64,000 bases of DNA from Podarcis muralis (taxonomy: Eukaryota): contig NC_135667.1 of NCBI RefSeq assembly GCF_964188315.1, forward strand, positions 16,802,001 through 16,866,000. Reading direction: 5' to 3'. A program made the translations under genes and the position numbers. Numbering within the stretch: position 1 is the stretch's first letter; each line of letters starts with the position of its first letter. This document shows positions 14,281 through 25,259 of this stretch, in pieces. The notes below the pieces were generated by a model that saw only the letters and a program-made list of their open reading frames with translations, did no database searches and was not told the DNA's origin.

Positions 14281-15474
14281 TAAAATGCTCCACACAAGCG
14301 TACATGTGAACAAAAACGTACAAAAAGACATGTGGCCATAACTCAAAAACTTGACCTGATTGAGCAAAACCAATGTGATTTTTGGATTCAGCACATCAGA
14401 TTCATCCTAAATCAACTGAAAAAACGCAGACAACAAATTTGTTGTTGACCAGTGTTATGAACTGGAACAAGACTGAGAAACCTCAGACCTGGGAGCTGAA
14501 TACAGCCTTCTAGGGCTCTCTGTTTGACCCTCAGGATTCTCCATGGGGCACACACCATCCCCAGCCATGCCCCCATTCTGCAGGCTACATCCATTCCTGC
14601 CTTTGCTTTGCACCCTCACAGAGTGCCTTTGCCCAGCTGGAATACGTCCTTGAACTGTGATAATGCCTCCTACTTTGCTCGATTGAGGATAGAAAGGGGT
14701 CGACATGTGTAGAAGCTAGGCCACTGTACAAAGATGAATTTCACATATGTTGGTTTTTCCACTTTTGCCTCTGGCCCCACCCACGACTGCCATGTGGCCC
14801 CCAGAAGGGAATGAGGCCCTTGAGCTGAAAATGGATTCCCAACACTGAACAAGAAGTTAAGATGTTGTTGTTTTTTAAAATCTTTTTTACTAAAGTTTCG
14901 TATGTGTGTTGGGGGGGGGGGTATGTGTTGCTGAGTGTAGCCCGTAAAAAGATGCTTCCTGGCAGATACCATTGGGCACTCCAAGAGAGGCAAAACATAT
15001 TTTGGGGTTTCTCACAGGACTGTGTTGCCCTACCACTAGGCAGAATGAGGTCTCCACCCCAGGCAGCTGATTTTGGGTCCTTTGAGAAGACACAAATTGT
15101 TATTTGCTAATTATTACTGCATTTCCCCCCACCCCCAGGAAGAGGGTGTTTGTGGGATCTTATTGAGTTACAAAATATCCTCGTCAGCCTTGGGCGTTAT
15201 GCACACTGGCATGTGTGTGTGTGTGTGTGTCTTTCCACTTGTTTCACCTCAAGGAACTGGAAAACCCCAGAAGCATAATAAACCGCCAACTCTGAACTGC
15301 CCACCACTCTAAAAATCTCCAGTAGCAGGCGACAGAAGAAGTTCTGCCTCAGACCCTGGAGAGCTGCTGCCCAGCAGAGGAGACAGTACTTGAGCAGGTT
15401 TTTTGGCAGGCTCTGCTTTCTAGAGTCGGGTGGTCCATGAAGTTTCCTTGGGGGGTCGAGACCAGGGAGAAGAG

Positions 15475-15955
15475 TCGGTGGAAGAAGATTGGAAAAAATT
15501 TAAAGTATATTTACAGAAACATTGTAAAATTAATGAATGCTAGAAGGATGCTGGAATGAAGTTACATGGTTTTAGCAGAAAGGTTATAAAGAACTAAGTA
15601 AAAATGGATTGTTAATGGGTCAAGGTGTAAAATTTAAGGTCAAATTGTGTTAAGATAAATTATGGAACAAAAACTGAGAAAGATGGAAAGGATTTGCTGA
15701 AATAGCTACTTGAATTAGAATACAAAAAAGGGAGGTGTGAGGAGGTCAATGAAACAAGTAAATGAAGGATAAAGATATGGAAATGCTGGATGTGTTTTTA
15801 AATGTTTTTGTTTTTAAATGTTTTTGTTTTTCTTATTGTTTTGTTATACTGTTTTTTATTGTGTTTTTTATTTTTGAAGTATTGTAACTTTTTATTGTCT
15901 TTTTTCTTTTTTTCTGTAACTGTTAAACCTTTAATAAATATCATTTAAAAAAAAG
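15475..15955 (+). mobile_element. L1-type LINE 3' fragment
   Basis: EEDWKKFKVYLQKHCKINEC* ORF2 C-terminus, T-rich 3' UTR, AATAAA and A-tail. Confidence 0.65.
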
Positions 15956-15973
15956 TTTTCTGGGGGGGGGTCG

Positions 15974-15987
15974 GTTGCTATGGGAAC
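15974..15987 (+). promoter_or_regulatory. Canonical RFX X-box
   Basis: GTTGCTATGGGAAC. Confidence 0.5.
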
Positions 15988-16058
15988 GGCTGAGGAAGTA
16001 GCTGCCAGCAAGGGGCTAAATATGGCAGTTGCTCGTGGAGCACTTTATCCCTGGAGAG

Positions 16059-16175
16059 CATAGAAATGCAGAGAGGGCCATCTAGCCCACCCCCCTGCAA
16101 TGCAGGAATATTTTGCCCAATGTGGGGCTCGAACCCATGACCTTGGGATTAAGAGTCTCATGCTCTTCTGGACTG
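16059..16175 (-). mobile_element. Degenerate SINE with a tRNA-Lys(CTT)-derived head and CR1-type tail
   Basis: Minus strand reads AGAGCATGAGACTCTTAATCCCAAGGTCATGGGTTCGAGCCCCACATTGGGC, then the CR1-like TTCCTGCATTGCAGGGG...CTAGATGGCC. Confidence 0.65.
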
Positions 16176-16410
16176 ATGGAGCAGGGAAAGGGAACAACTC
16201 TCTGACCCTCCAGATGGGGTTGGACTCCTAACTCCCATCCCGTGGATGGCGAGCGGTCAGGGGTGATGGGTGTAGGAGCCAACTCTTGGGGCCAAGATCC
16301 CAAGTTCGGCCCCCTCAATAAAATATTTGAAGGTGTGTGGGTGCGTGCTGTGTCTTATGATCTATAATGCCTCCCCCCCCCCCCGCAGTATCTTATTCAA
16401 GTTGGCAGTA

Positions 16411-16633
16411 CAGTGGTACCTCGGGTTAAGTACTTAATTCGTTCCGGAGGTCCGTACTTAACTGGAAACTGTTCTTAACCTGAAGCACCACTTTAGCTAA
16501 TGGGGCCTACTGCTGCTGCCACGCCGCCAGAGCCCGATTTCTGTTCTTATCCTGAAGCAAAGTTCTTAACCTGAAGCACTATTTCTGGGTTAGCGTATGT
16601 AACCTGAAGCGTATGTAACCCGAGGTACCACTG
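16411..16633. mobile_element. Tc1/mariner (Tigger-like) MITE
   Basis: Terminal inverted repeats (TIRs) CAGTGGTACCTCGGGTT / AACCCGAGGTACCACTG, with TA on both sides. Confidence 0.9.
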
Positions 16634-16649
16634 TATTTATTCAATATTT

Positions 16650-17450
16650 TATTCAAGCTGGCGCCCCTAATGATGGGTGTTGGGACCCCCAACCACACCA
16701 CAGGCCCTCCACCTCTGCTGCAGAGGAGTCTTAGCATGGTTCGTGGATGGGGTGAGGAAGGAAATGCTGGCGTAACCAATGGAGACGCCGGGAAGGTCAA
16801 GGTGAATGCTAGGGAGGAGCAGTTGCTAGGCGCGGGGTTGCTAGGCCCGTTGCTAGGGAAGGATGTTGCTACGGGCACCGGGGCAGGGGTGATCTCGTAG
16901 GGGTGGCCCCGATGGGCGAGCCCATGCTGCAGCGAGGGGGGGGGGGAGGTGTTGATGAGCTCGGCCCCAGTGACGCTGCCCCCCTCCTTTTACTGCAAAC
17001 CTGCGCCTGGCTGGGGCGCCTTCTGCAGTGCACGTGTGGCCCCCGGGGGACTCAGGGAGGGACCCTGGCTCCCTTCCCCTTGTGCTGTAATGCACTCGCT
17101 CCCGGGAGTGGGGCGGGCGGGGGGGGGGCGGCTGTTTATACAGGGCCCCGTTGCCCATTGCCGAGATAGATGCATCAGCCGGGGGTGGAGGGGGGGGGCC
17201 GTCTCTTTACGCAGCGATGCCTGGCCTGGTGCTGATACGAGGAAGGAGACAGACGTCAAAGGGAGGGAGGCATCCCGGGCCGGGTGGAAGGGTGTGCTCG
17301 GCGGGTGCGCGGGGAAAGGGAAGGGGGAGCACCCTAATATTTTCCCGGATGTCTCCGGCAGCCTACGTGCACGGGGAGGAATTAGGAAAACAGCAATAGA
17401 GGAGGCTGCACAGGGAACCGGGCTGAGGCAGAGGAGGGACCACTAGTGAC
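16650..17450 (+). promoter_or_regulatory. GC/CpG-rich putative ASPHD1 promoter with four GTTGCTA X-box half-sites
   Basis: GTTGCTA at 16822, 16837, 16849 and 16865; GC boxes; 0.6-1.4 kb upstream of the ASPHD1 ATG. Confidence 0.5.
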
Positions 17451-18029
17451 TGGGGAAGCTGGAAGAGCAGGCAGCAATCTCAGAGGACTGGAGGGACTGC
17501 AAGCCGCCAGGTAGAGATGAGGAGGGGGTGAGAGAGGGATGGAGGGGATGAAAGGCGGGGAGGGCGGGAGAAGAATATGGGGGGAATAGGTTTAATCAAG
17601 TAGGGAGGAGCGGTTAAGGGGGGCGTTGAGGATGAGGAGGGGGTAAATACATGGGTGGAGACAGATGCCCAGAAATATTGTGGGTGGGCTGCGAATGTGG
17701 AGAGATTTACTGGCCCAGAATACAGCAAAACAGAGCTAAGACCTTAATTTCTGGGGTGGCAGCGGGAGGAGGAAATGAGAAATGTAGCAGTGGAAATGAC
17801 TGAGTCAATGGGGCTTGAAGCCAGCCGCCCTCAGAAAACAAAGCGAAGCGGCAGAGGAATGGCTAGGTCTGTGTAGCGGAGGCCAAGCCAAATACTGAAT
17901 GAGGTGGACCTGGTTAAGAGCAAGGGGTTAAAAGGGCACCCAACCAAGAGGGCAGGGGTCAGACATTGAAGAATGGGAAGGCTGCAAGGAGCTGCCTGCG
18001 CTCATAGGGTGCTCTAAGCCCACCTGAAG

Positions 18030-18786
18030 ATGCCCTCTATCATGGCCGACTGGGGTCTGCACGGCCTTCTCTCGCCACTCCTCCCTGACACCTCGTCTTG
18101 GCGCCCTCGGCCAGAGCCCACCATAGCCGTGCTGGGCTCCCTGGCCTTGCTGTTTGTCTGGTACTGCTACCGCGTGGGGAGCGGGCAAGCGGCCCCTGCC
18201 TCTCACCAGCAGGGCATGCCCACGGAGGAGCGATGCCCTCGCCGTGCCCTCGGGAGCGACGCTGCCAACCAGCGCCTGTATCGCAGCCTGCGAGACTACG
18301 CCAAGCGCTACTCTTGGTCGGGCATGAACCGGCTGCACAAAGGCATCCGAGACCAGGCCCATTACCAGCTGGGCGAGCGCCTGGCGATCCAGAAGCCCAG
18401 CGCCTTCTACCTCCCGGACTTGCCTTCTGCCCCCTACTTCCCCCGCGAGTCCCAGCGCCACGACGTGGAGATCCTTGAACTCAGCTTCCCGGCCATCTTG
18501 CGAGAGTTCGAGGGCATCGCGTGGGACTTTGCGCCTGGAGCGCCAACCCCGCGGGGGTGGACGGCCAATGCCAACCCTGGCTGCCATAGCTATTACCTCT
18601 ACCGGCAAGGGGAGTGCGTGGCGCAGAACTGTCGCAGCTGCCCGTGGACGTACCGGGCACTCAGTGCGCTGCGCACCTTCGTCAATGCCAACCGCTTTGG
18701 AAACGCTTGCTTCAGCGTCTTGCAGCCTGGAACTGTGCTGCCCGGGACCTATGGGCCAACCAACACCCGGGTGCGATGCCATTTAG
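18030..18786 (+). CDS. ASPHD1: ASPHD1 coding exon 1
   Basis: TM segment LALLFVWYCYRVG; YAKRYSWSGM; QKPSAFYLPDLPSAPYFPRESQRHDVE; GPTNTRVRCHLG|gtgag. An in-frame TAA lies at 18015, so the start could differ if an upstream exon exists. Confidence 0.92.
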
Positions 18787-19359
18787 GTGAGCAAATGCTG
18801 GAAGAACAGCAAGGCGGGCAAGATATGGGGGCGTCAGTGTGTGGGGAAGTTTGCAAGGCCAGAGTCTTCCACCATGCATGCATTGTCCACTAGCTGGAAA
18901 TTATTGAGTCCCTAAACAGGTGGCAGAGGACTTCTGTTGTTTATAAGCATCAGAAATAAGTACCCCTCAGGGGTCATTTTGAGGGCTGCAATATATAGTT
19001 GAGTAATCGGTGCCCTAGATCAATCGGCCAACTAGAAAATCTGTTAAATTGTTTGGAATAATGCAAATACTTTCCAAAAAACATGCAGGTGGAAAGTGGC
19101 ATCATAGAAGAGGCATTTCTTCCTGTGCGTGGGAATGCTTCTTCCAGTAAGATTTTGACTCTGCCATGAGACACCTCTAGAAATCAGAAGAATGCTTTCT
19201 TTCTCTTTAGAGCTATATGCTGAAATGTATGATGATTTACGCATCAATTAATCAGCTAAAGCTCATACAGTTAATTAACAATATTTCTTTAAACAGAGCA
19301 GCAGCCCTAATCACTTTATGGCAAAGGAATCTCATAAGACCTTTTCAGAGGCTAGCAGT

Positions 19360-19500
19360 TAAGAGTTGGGAAACTCTGGTGGCTTTGGATGAGTCACTGG
19401 CTGCTTCCACACTTTAATTTCCTCATAGGAAAACAGAAATAATAATCTATCTTGCAGGGTAGTTGTTAGGTTCTTCAGACATTAACCATTGTAAAGCATG
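19360..19500 (+). repeat. Old MIR/CORE-like SINE remnant
   Basis: TTTCCTCATAGGAAAACAGAAATAATAATCTATCTTGCAGGGTAGTTGTTAGG resembles the CORE domain. Confidence 0.45.
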
Positions 19501-20851
19501 TAGTAGTAGTAGATTAGTTGGATATGTGGAAGTGGAATAACAGTAGACTTGAAGTTGCCTTCAACAAGAAAATGTAATGGTATCACACAGCTGTTCAGAC
19601 CTTGAGTGTCATTTATTTATTTATTTATTTTAAAAAAGCAAGTTTCTAGCTCTCAGGTATATTTGAAAATATGCAATATTCTCAAAGAGCTCTAGTATGC
19701 ATAAGGCAAATTTGTATGCCCTGCATCGCCCCTGGTTCCTTCCTTCCTTCCATCCATAACGTTTTATTGGGTTTTACAAGCAAGGCTCATAGGAATAATA
19801 AATGAGGCAAATAAATAGACCAAGTCCTGTTCCACCCATTCTGATCTCCGGCAATGGCCTGGTTTCCCTGTCATAGTAAGCCTGAGTGTGGCACAAACAT
19901 ACTGGCTTCCGAACACGTCACAGAAGGAACAGGAACTTGCACCTACTGTGCTCTTCGCTGAACTTTTTTGGGTCAAACCAGACAAGAGCTCAGCCAAGGT
20001 TTGTGTTGTTCAAACCCGGGGTCATACTTCAGGTCTCTGCTCTTTAGCCACTACCTCTAATCGTAGGGCCTACCTTGGCTACAAATTGTGGTTAAAGGTG
20101 AGACACCTTGACCATGGATTTGGACGGCACACTAAGCTTACCTGCCATGCTGTGATAACTGAAAAAGCCAGTGGGGGACAGGGAGCAAAATGGCTGCCAT
20201 TTCTTCTTCCTCCTCTGCCCTAAGCTATGGTTTGGCCTTCTGTGACGTGTGAATGCAGCCTATGCGCCCCTCCTCCCCAGAAACCTTCTGTGACGCCTCA
20301 CCCACATATTTCCGTCTTGCTCTGTCATCTGCAAGTAAAATCAGGCAGACAACGCCCCCAATTCCCCGCGAAGACTCAGATAAAGACTGTCAAAAAAATT
20401 ATGTAAGTGCTTTGCTTTTTGTGCCCATCCTCTCTCTCTTTCTTTCTCTCTCACCTACCCACCATGAAGTCTTTTCTAGAAGGAGCTCTGCATATGAGCA
20501 TTTTATCCACACCTTTCAGGATTGGGATGGGGTGAGAGAGAAGCAGCATTTCCTTGTGGGAAGGAAGAAAGCAGCGAGGTGGGCCTGCAAAGGCAACAGC
20601 AGGGCCTTCTTCGGATAAGAGTGTCGTCCCCTTCCCAACCCAAAGAAAGCCAGTAACCAGCAACTGTCCTGATTTGGAAGGAACATCTGATGACATCTCC
20701 TGCTCCAGTAGAGCTGGTTGCTATTTAAACATATCTTAAATTTATTCAGTGCTTTGAGTTGCTAGTCGAAAAGTGAGCTCTAAATCTGCTGAATAAATAC
20801 ACAAACTTTGGAAGCTTCCTTGTTACAGCCGCCTCTTTCTTTCATTTCTAG

Positions 20852-20965
20852 GGCTGAAGGTTCCTCCTGGTTGTGAGCTGGTGGTGGGGGGTGAGCCTCA
20901 GTGCTGGTCCGAAGGATACTGCCTCCTAGTAGACGACTCCTTCCTGCATACCACGGCTCACAATG
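20852..20965 (+). CDS. ASPHD1: ASPHD1 coding exon 2
   Basis: ttctag|GGCTG...CACAATG|gtaag; [37 protein letters not shown]. Confidence 0.95.
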
Positions 20966-21309
20966 GTAAGAGAATGGATTTACAGGCTAAGGCTACACAT
21001 CTGATGCCCTCCAGATGTTTTGAACTACAACTCCTACCAGCTCCAGCCAGCATGGCCAATAATCAGGGATGCTGGGAGTTGTAGTCCAAAGTATATGGGG
21101 GCATTAAACTGAGTTTGCTCCCCCCACCCTTTTCTTAAGAAATCATAGCAGGGGTTGGGCCTGGGGAAATTATACACTCAGCCTCAGTTCCCCAGTCTGT
21201 GAAATGGGAGGGGAAACATTCATGTCACTGCAGATTTGGCAATCCGTTTGTCAGGGAGTGGCCTGCCTTACTGCCTGCTCCGCTCACCCATATGACTTCT
21301 CTTAAAGAG

Positions 21310-21641
21310 GTAAAGGTAAAGGGACCCCTGACCATTAGGTCCAGTCGTGACCGACTCTGGGGTTGCGGTGCTGATCTCGCTTTATTGGCCGAGGGAGCCG
21401 GCGTACAGCTTCCAGGTCATGGGGCCAGCATGACTAAGCTGCTTCTGGTGGCCCAGAGCAGCGCATGGAAACGCCGTTTACCTTCCCGCCGGAGCGGTAC
21501 CTATTTATCTACTTGCACTTTGACGTGCTTTCGAACTGCTAGGTTGGCAGGAGCAGGGACTGAGCAACGGGAGCTCACCCCGTCGCGGGGATTCGAACCT
21601 CCGACCTTCTGACCGGCAAGTCCTAGGCTCTGTGGTTTAAC
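21310..21641 (-). mobile_element. Sauria SINE
   Basis: (ACCTTT)n tail, B-box GGTTCGAATCCC, body CAAGTAGATAAATAGGTACC; TSD CTTAAAGAG at 21301-09 and 21642-50. Confidence 0.9.
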
Positions 21642-21871
21642 CTTAAAGAGATATAACCTCTTTAAAAATAGTAGGGAGCTGACATAATGCCATCCTGCTT
21701 GACACATTGATGGCTGATCACCTGTGGTCAATCTTTACTCACCATGGGCAACTAACAGTGTGTGAATTTATGCAGCTGAGCTGCCTTGTCAGGTTTCTGT
21801 GATGCCTTCACAAGATTAAGGATCTTTCACAATTTGAGGGTTACAGATAACTCTAACCATATTTGTTGCAG

Positions 21872-21981
21872 GTTCTCCCACTGATGGCCCACGGGTGATA
21901 TTTATTGTTGATCTCTGGCATCCCAATGTGGCAGGACCTGAGCGACAGGCGCTAGACTATATCTTTGCCCCTGGTCGGTAG
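21872..21981 (+). CDS. ASPHD1: ASPHD1 coding exon 3 (terminal)
   Basis: ttgcag|GTTCT...; [35 protein letters not shown]. Confidence 0.95.
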
Positions 21982-22649
21982 GTGCCTGCTCAGGATCAGG
22001 TATTGTAGCCAAGGGGGGGGGGGGGAAACCCCATAATGCCACCAATAGTGTTTGCTGCTCTTCACAATCATCAAAGCCTCCCACAATATTGCCTTGGAAT
22101 GGAAACTTCTTATTTTACCGTTGTGCAGACTGAACTGGGGGGGGGGGTGCCCCCCCTCCAACTTTGGACTTCTGCATCTGAACTAAAATCTACGCAGGGA
22201 TGTATCACAGATGGGGCAGCGGGGCTCCTTTTCTCTCTCTCAGTGTGATGCTGTGACCTAAAATACTTGTTCTATAGACCTTTGTGACATGGTATACATT
22301 GGTTCCTCTTCTTGCCATTCTGTTGGTGGTAGACGCTGATCTGGACGGGTCCTTGTGGCCTGTTCTCATCTCCTGTGAGTCGGGGGTTATTCAAGTGCAA
22401 GTGCTGCTGTCTAGAGTCCAGGACCAGAAGGCCTCTGAGTTCTACTGAAGTTCAACAATCCTGATTTTAGTAGCATGGACTTCTCCCGTTTTTTTGGAAA
22501 TGGGTGGGTTGGGGAAGAGAAGCAAGCCAAGGCGAGCACTATTTCCACCTGTCTGTGATCATTTGTTAATTCCCACCCCGCATCTGTTACCGCGACGTTT
22601 GTGTGGCAGGATTTAATCCAAAAAAGCCTTGCTAATTAACCTGCACCCC

Positions 22650-22655
22650 AATAAA
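22650..22655 (+). terminator. Candidate ASPHD1 polyadenylation signal
   Basis: AATAAA about 670 nt after the stop codon; GT/T-rich sequence follows. Confidence 0.4.
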
Positions 22656-23296
22656 ATAATTAGAACCCTCTGCCTCGTGTCTCAATTTTTCTCTACTGTG
22701 GGGGGGGGGGGAATCAGAATCCTCTTTACTATTGGTTCAATGTGAGTTCTGAGGCGTGGCTGAGCCACAGGCCGTGAAGGAAGCAAACCGTGGCCTGAAG
22801 TATTGCTGTCACCCCGACATTTCATAAATGCCTCAGACTGGGACGTCACTGCTCAGTAACTTTGACAAAATCCAGCCTGGGAAAAGTCTGCTAATTGGAT
22901 CAAGGACGTCAATAGCCTGAGGGAGCAATATGTCACTGCGGATCTGCATGCGAGTTATTATAATAATGGGTATGACTGTATGCATGGGAGGGGCGGGGAG
23001 AGAATTATTGGCGCAGGCCTCCACCATGACCAGAATACTGACACACAGAAGAAGACAAGTCCTTCTGCCTGCTTTTTACATCCATATGTTTTGCCTGCAT
23101 CCCTATCTTGCTGGCTGCGGCTTGGAATTAGTCTTGACAGCCATCCACCCGGTTTCTGTGGCTGTAACCCAAAACACACTTGAGGGCTGCAATCCTAACC
23201 ATATCTACTCAAAAGTAAGTCCCTTTGAACTCCATGGGGCTTGCTCCCACGTAAGTGGGGTTAGGAATGCAGCCTTTACCCTACTGAAGGTAGGAT

Positions 23297-23531
23297 TCGA
23301 ACCAATGGCTTCAAGTTACAAGAAAGGAGATTCCGACTAAACATCAAGAACTTTCTGACAGTAAGAGCTGTTCCACACTGGAACGGACTCCCTCAGGAGG
23401 GTCACTGGGGTTTTTAAAGCAGAGCTTGGATCCATCTGTCATGGATGCTTTAGTTGAGATTCCTGCATTGCAGGGGTTGGACTAGATGACCCTCGGGGTC
23501 CCTTCCAACTCCACAATTCTACGATTCTATG
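23297..23531 (+). mobile_element. CR1 LINE 3' end
   Basis: GFKLQERRFRLNIK..FLTVRAVPHWNGLP; TAGATGACCCTCGGGGTCCCTTCCAACTC; ATTCTA(C/T)G tail. Confidence 0.85.
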
Positions 23532-24266
23532 GACACGGATAGACTTCCAAGTAAACATGCATTGTAAGTGACTTGGGGTATGCTTATTAGATTTCAATAC
23601 CAGCTTCTTAAAAAATCGGGTTTTTTAATAATAAAAAGTGGCAAAAATCTGCTACAGGATTAGAAAGAAAATCGCATCGCATTCCCATTTTTTTTTAAAA
23701 AAAAGACTTTGACTTGATCTGTCAGAGTCTGACATACCCAGTTTTCTTCCCTGTTCCTCCTGAACAAGCTTTTTCTGCACCTGCCAGAAAACATCTAACA
23801 AAGACATTTGCTTCCCAGCACATACCGTTCCAGGAGCAAGAGTTTCATCGCGTCCTCACCTGCTGCAGGAGGTGGGAAGAGAGAACAGCTTGCCACACAC
23901 ACAACTGCTCATGCTGCTTTCCTGGGTAGCAGTCTGCAAATTTTGGCTGCCTTGATAGTCACAATGTGTATGTACCAGGAGCTCCTCCAACCAGTACTAT
24001 CTGGTGTTGCTGTCCCTGACCTCGCATCCCTAAAGGCAGCTTGAGTTCAGGAACAATCCCCTGCTCTCCCTCTCCAGGTCCAAGCGTGGGGCAGAGAGGT
24101 GAGGGGGTGGAGGTTTATCACTGCAGGCACCCTGTGCTTTGAAGGCCCCTCAAGGCCTTCCAAAGCAGAGCACCACTTTGGAGAAGACACTCTGTACCCT
24201 CACCAAACGCTTACGGTCATAAGAACAAAAATGAGAATTTAAGAAGTAAAAACAAACTCACTAGCT

Positions 24267-24272
24267 TTTATT
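24267..24272 (-). terminator. Candidate PAGR1 polyadenylation signal
   Basis: AATAAA on the minus strand 180 nt after the stop codon. Confidence 0.45.
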
Positions 24273-24451
24273 TACACTCAAATAACCCAAAGCAAGTGCT
24301 TCCTGCCAGTCAGTGCAAGATGCAAACTAAAGTCCATTGTCTGAACCAGTGGGTCCGTCCAGTAATTTCCTTCCCCTTGTATTGAATCCATGAGTCCACA
24401 GTTCCACTTGGGCTGAAAGGATTTAAAAAGGTCCTGTTGACTCCACTGCAC

Positions 24452-24636
24452 TCAGTATTTGCGCTGGCGCAGGAAGAGACCTGGTGGCCGTTTTGGCGTG
24501 GGTACGTCATCTGAGTCAAGGTCAAAGAGGTCTCGGCCCGTTTTCATTATCTGTTCCTCTAAGACTTTGTGGCGCTTCATATCTGACAGCACCTTGTCCA
24601 TGCGAGCCTCCCTCTTCTGGCTCTTAGCTGAGGTCC
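24452..24636 (-). CDS. PAGR1: PAGR1 coding exon 3 (terminal)
   Basis: tttcag|GGACC; [37 protein letters not shown]...FLRQRKY*. Confidence 0.95.
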
Positions 24637-24752
24637 CTGAAAATAAAATAAACACCAGTTAGGATCTGTGGACTCAGTGGGAAGTGTAAGTCCAGGTTTT
24701 TTAAAAATGAGAGGTAGGCTTCAAATGCAAGGTGCCAGGAAACCATTGTTCT

Positions 24753-25076
24753 TAAAGGGACCCGACAGTTAAGTCCAGTCGCAAACGACTCTGGGGTTGC
24801 GGAGCTCATCTCGCTTTACAGGCTGAGGGAGCCAGCGTTTGTCCGCTTCTGCAGACAGTTTTCTGGTTCATGTGGCCAGCAAGACTAAGCTGCTTCTGGC
24901 GAAACCAAGGCAGTGCACGGAAACGCTGTTTACCTTCCCGCTGGAGTGGTACCTATTTATCTACTTGCACTTTGACGTGCTTTCGAACTGCTAGGTTGGC
25001 AGGAAAAGGGACTGAGCAACGGGAGCTCACCCTGCCCTAGGCTCGGTGGTTTAGACCACAGCGCCACCTGCATCCC
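24753..25076 (-). mobile_element. Sauria SINE with an internal deletion of the B-box region
   Basis: Body matches the other Sauria copies; the segment GTCGCGGGGATTCGAACC...GGCAAG is missing between CTCACCC and CCTAGG. Confidence 0.85.
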
Positions 25077-25259
25077 TTGTTATTCCCTAACTAGATCCAA
25101 ATCTACACACTGTTTTCACAGCAGTAAGAGGGTCTGCATGTCCCTACATTTTGCATAGGTTTAAAGTTTTCCCATCTTTGAGGAACTTTAAAGTATTTTG
25201 TAAACAGCTTTGAGGTTTTTTCTCTCTAAGTGGTGTATAAATTTTATCCAATAAATATA

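Larger units (their letters stand above)
11026..14454 (-). mobile_element. Chapaev3-type (CMC/Chapaev) DNA transposon with both termini, interrupted by a LINE
   Basis: Termini CACTGGGCAACAA (11026) and TTGTTGACCAGTG (ends 14454). TTA TSD at 11023-25 and 14455-57. Imperfect subterminal inverted repeats about 120 bp long. Transposase remnant on the minus strand. Confidence 0.85.
18030..21981 (+). other. ASPHD1: ASPHD1 gene, 3 coding exons, 326 aa
   Basis: join(18030-18786,20852-20965,21872-21981) = 981 nt in frame; a TM helix followed by the Asp/Asn beta-hydroxylase domain. Confidence 0.95.

Noticed and set aside
16115-16175. A bona fide tRNA-Lys gene
   Set aside because: The 5' acceptor stem and D-arm are degenerate and it is fused to a CR1 tail, so it was called a SINE.
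17928-18782. 284-aa minus-strand ORF and alternative-frame ORFs over ASPHD1 exon 1
   Set aside because: Shadow ORFs of a GC-rich coding exon, with no independent motifs.
22930-23340. 136-aa ORF with a Kozak-like ATG
   Set aside because: The 3' half is made of a palindromic repeat (about 23182-23272) and a CR1 end; no recognisable domain.
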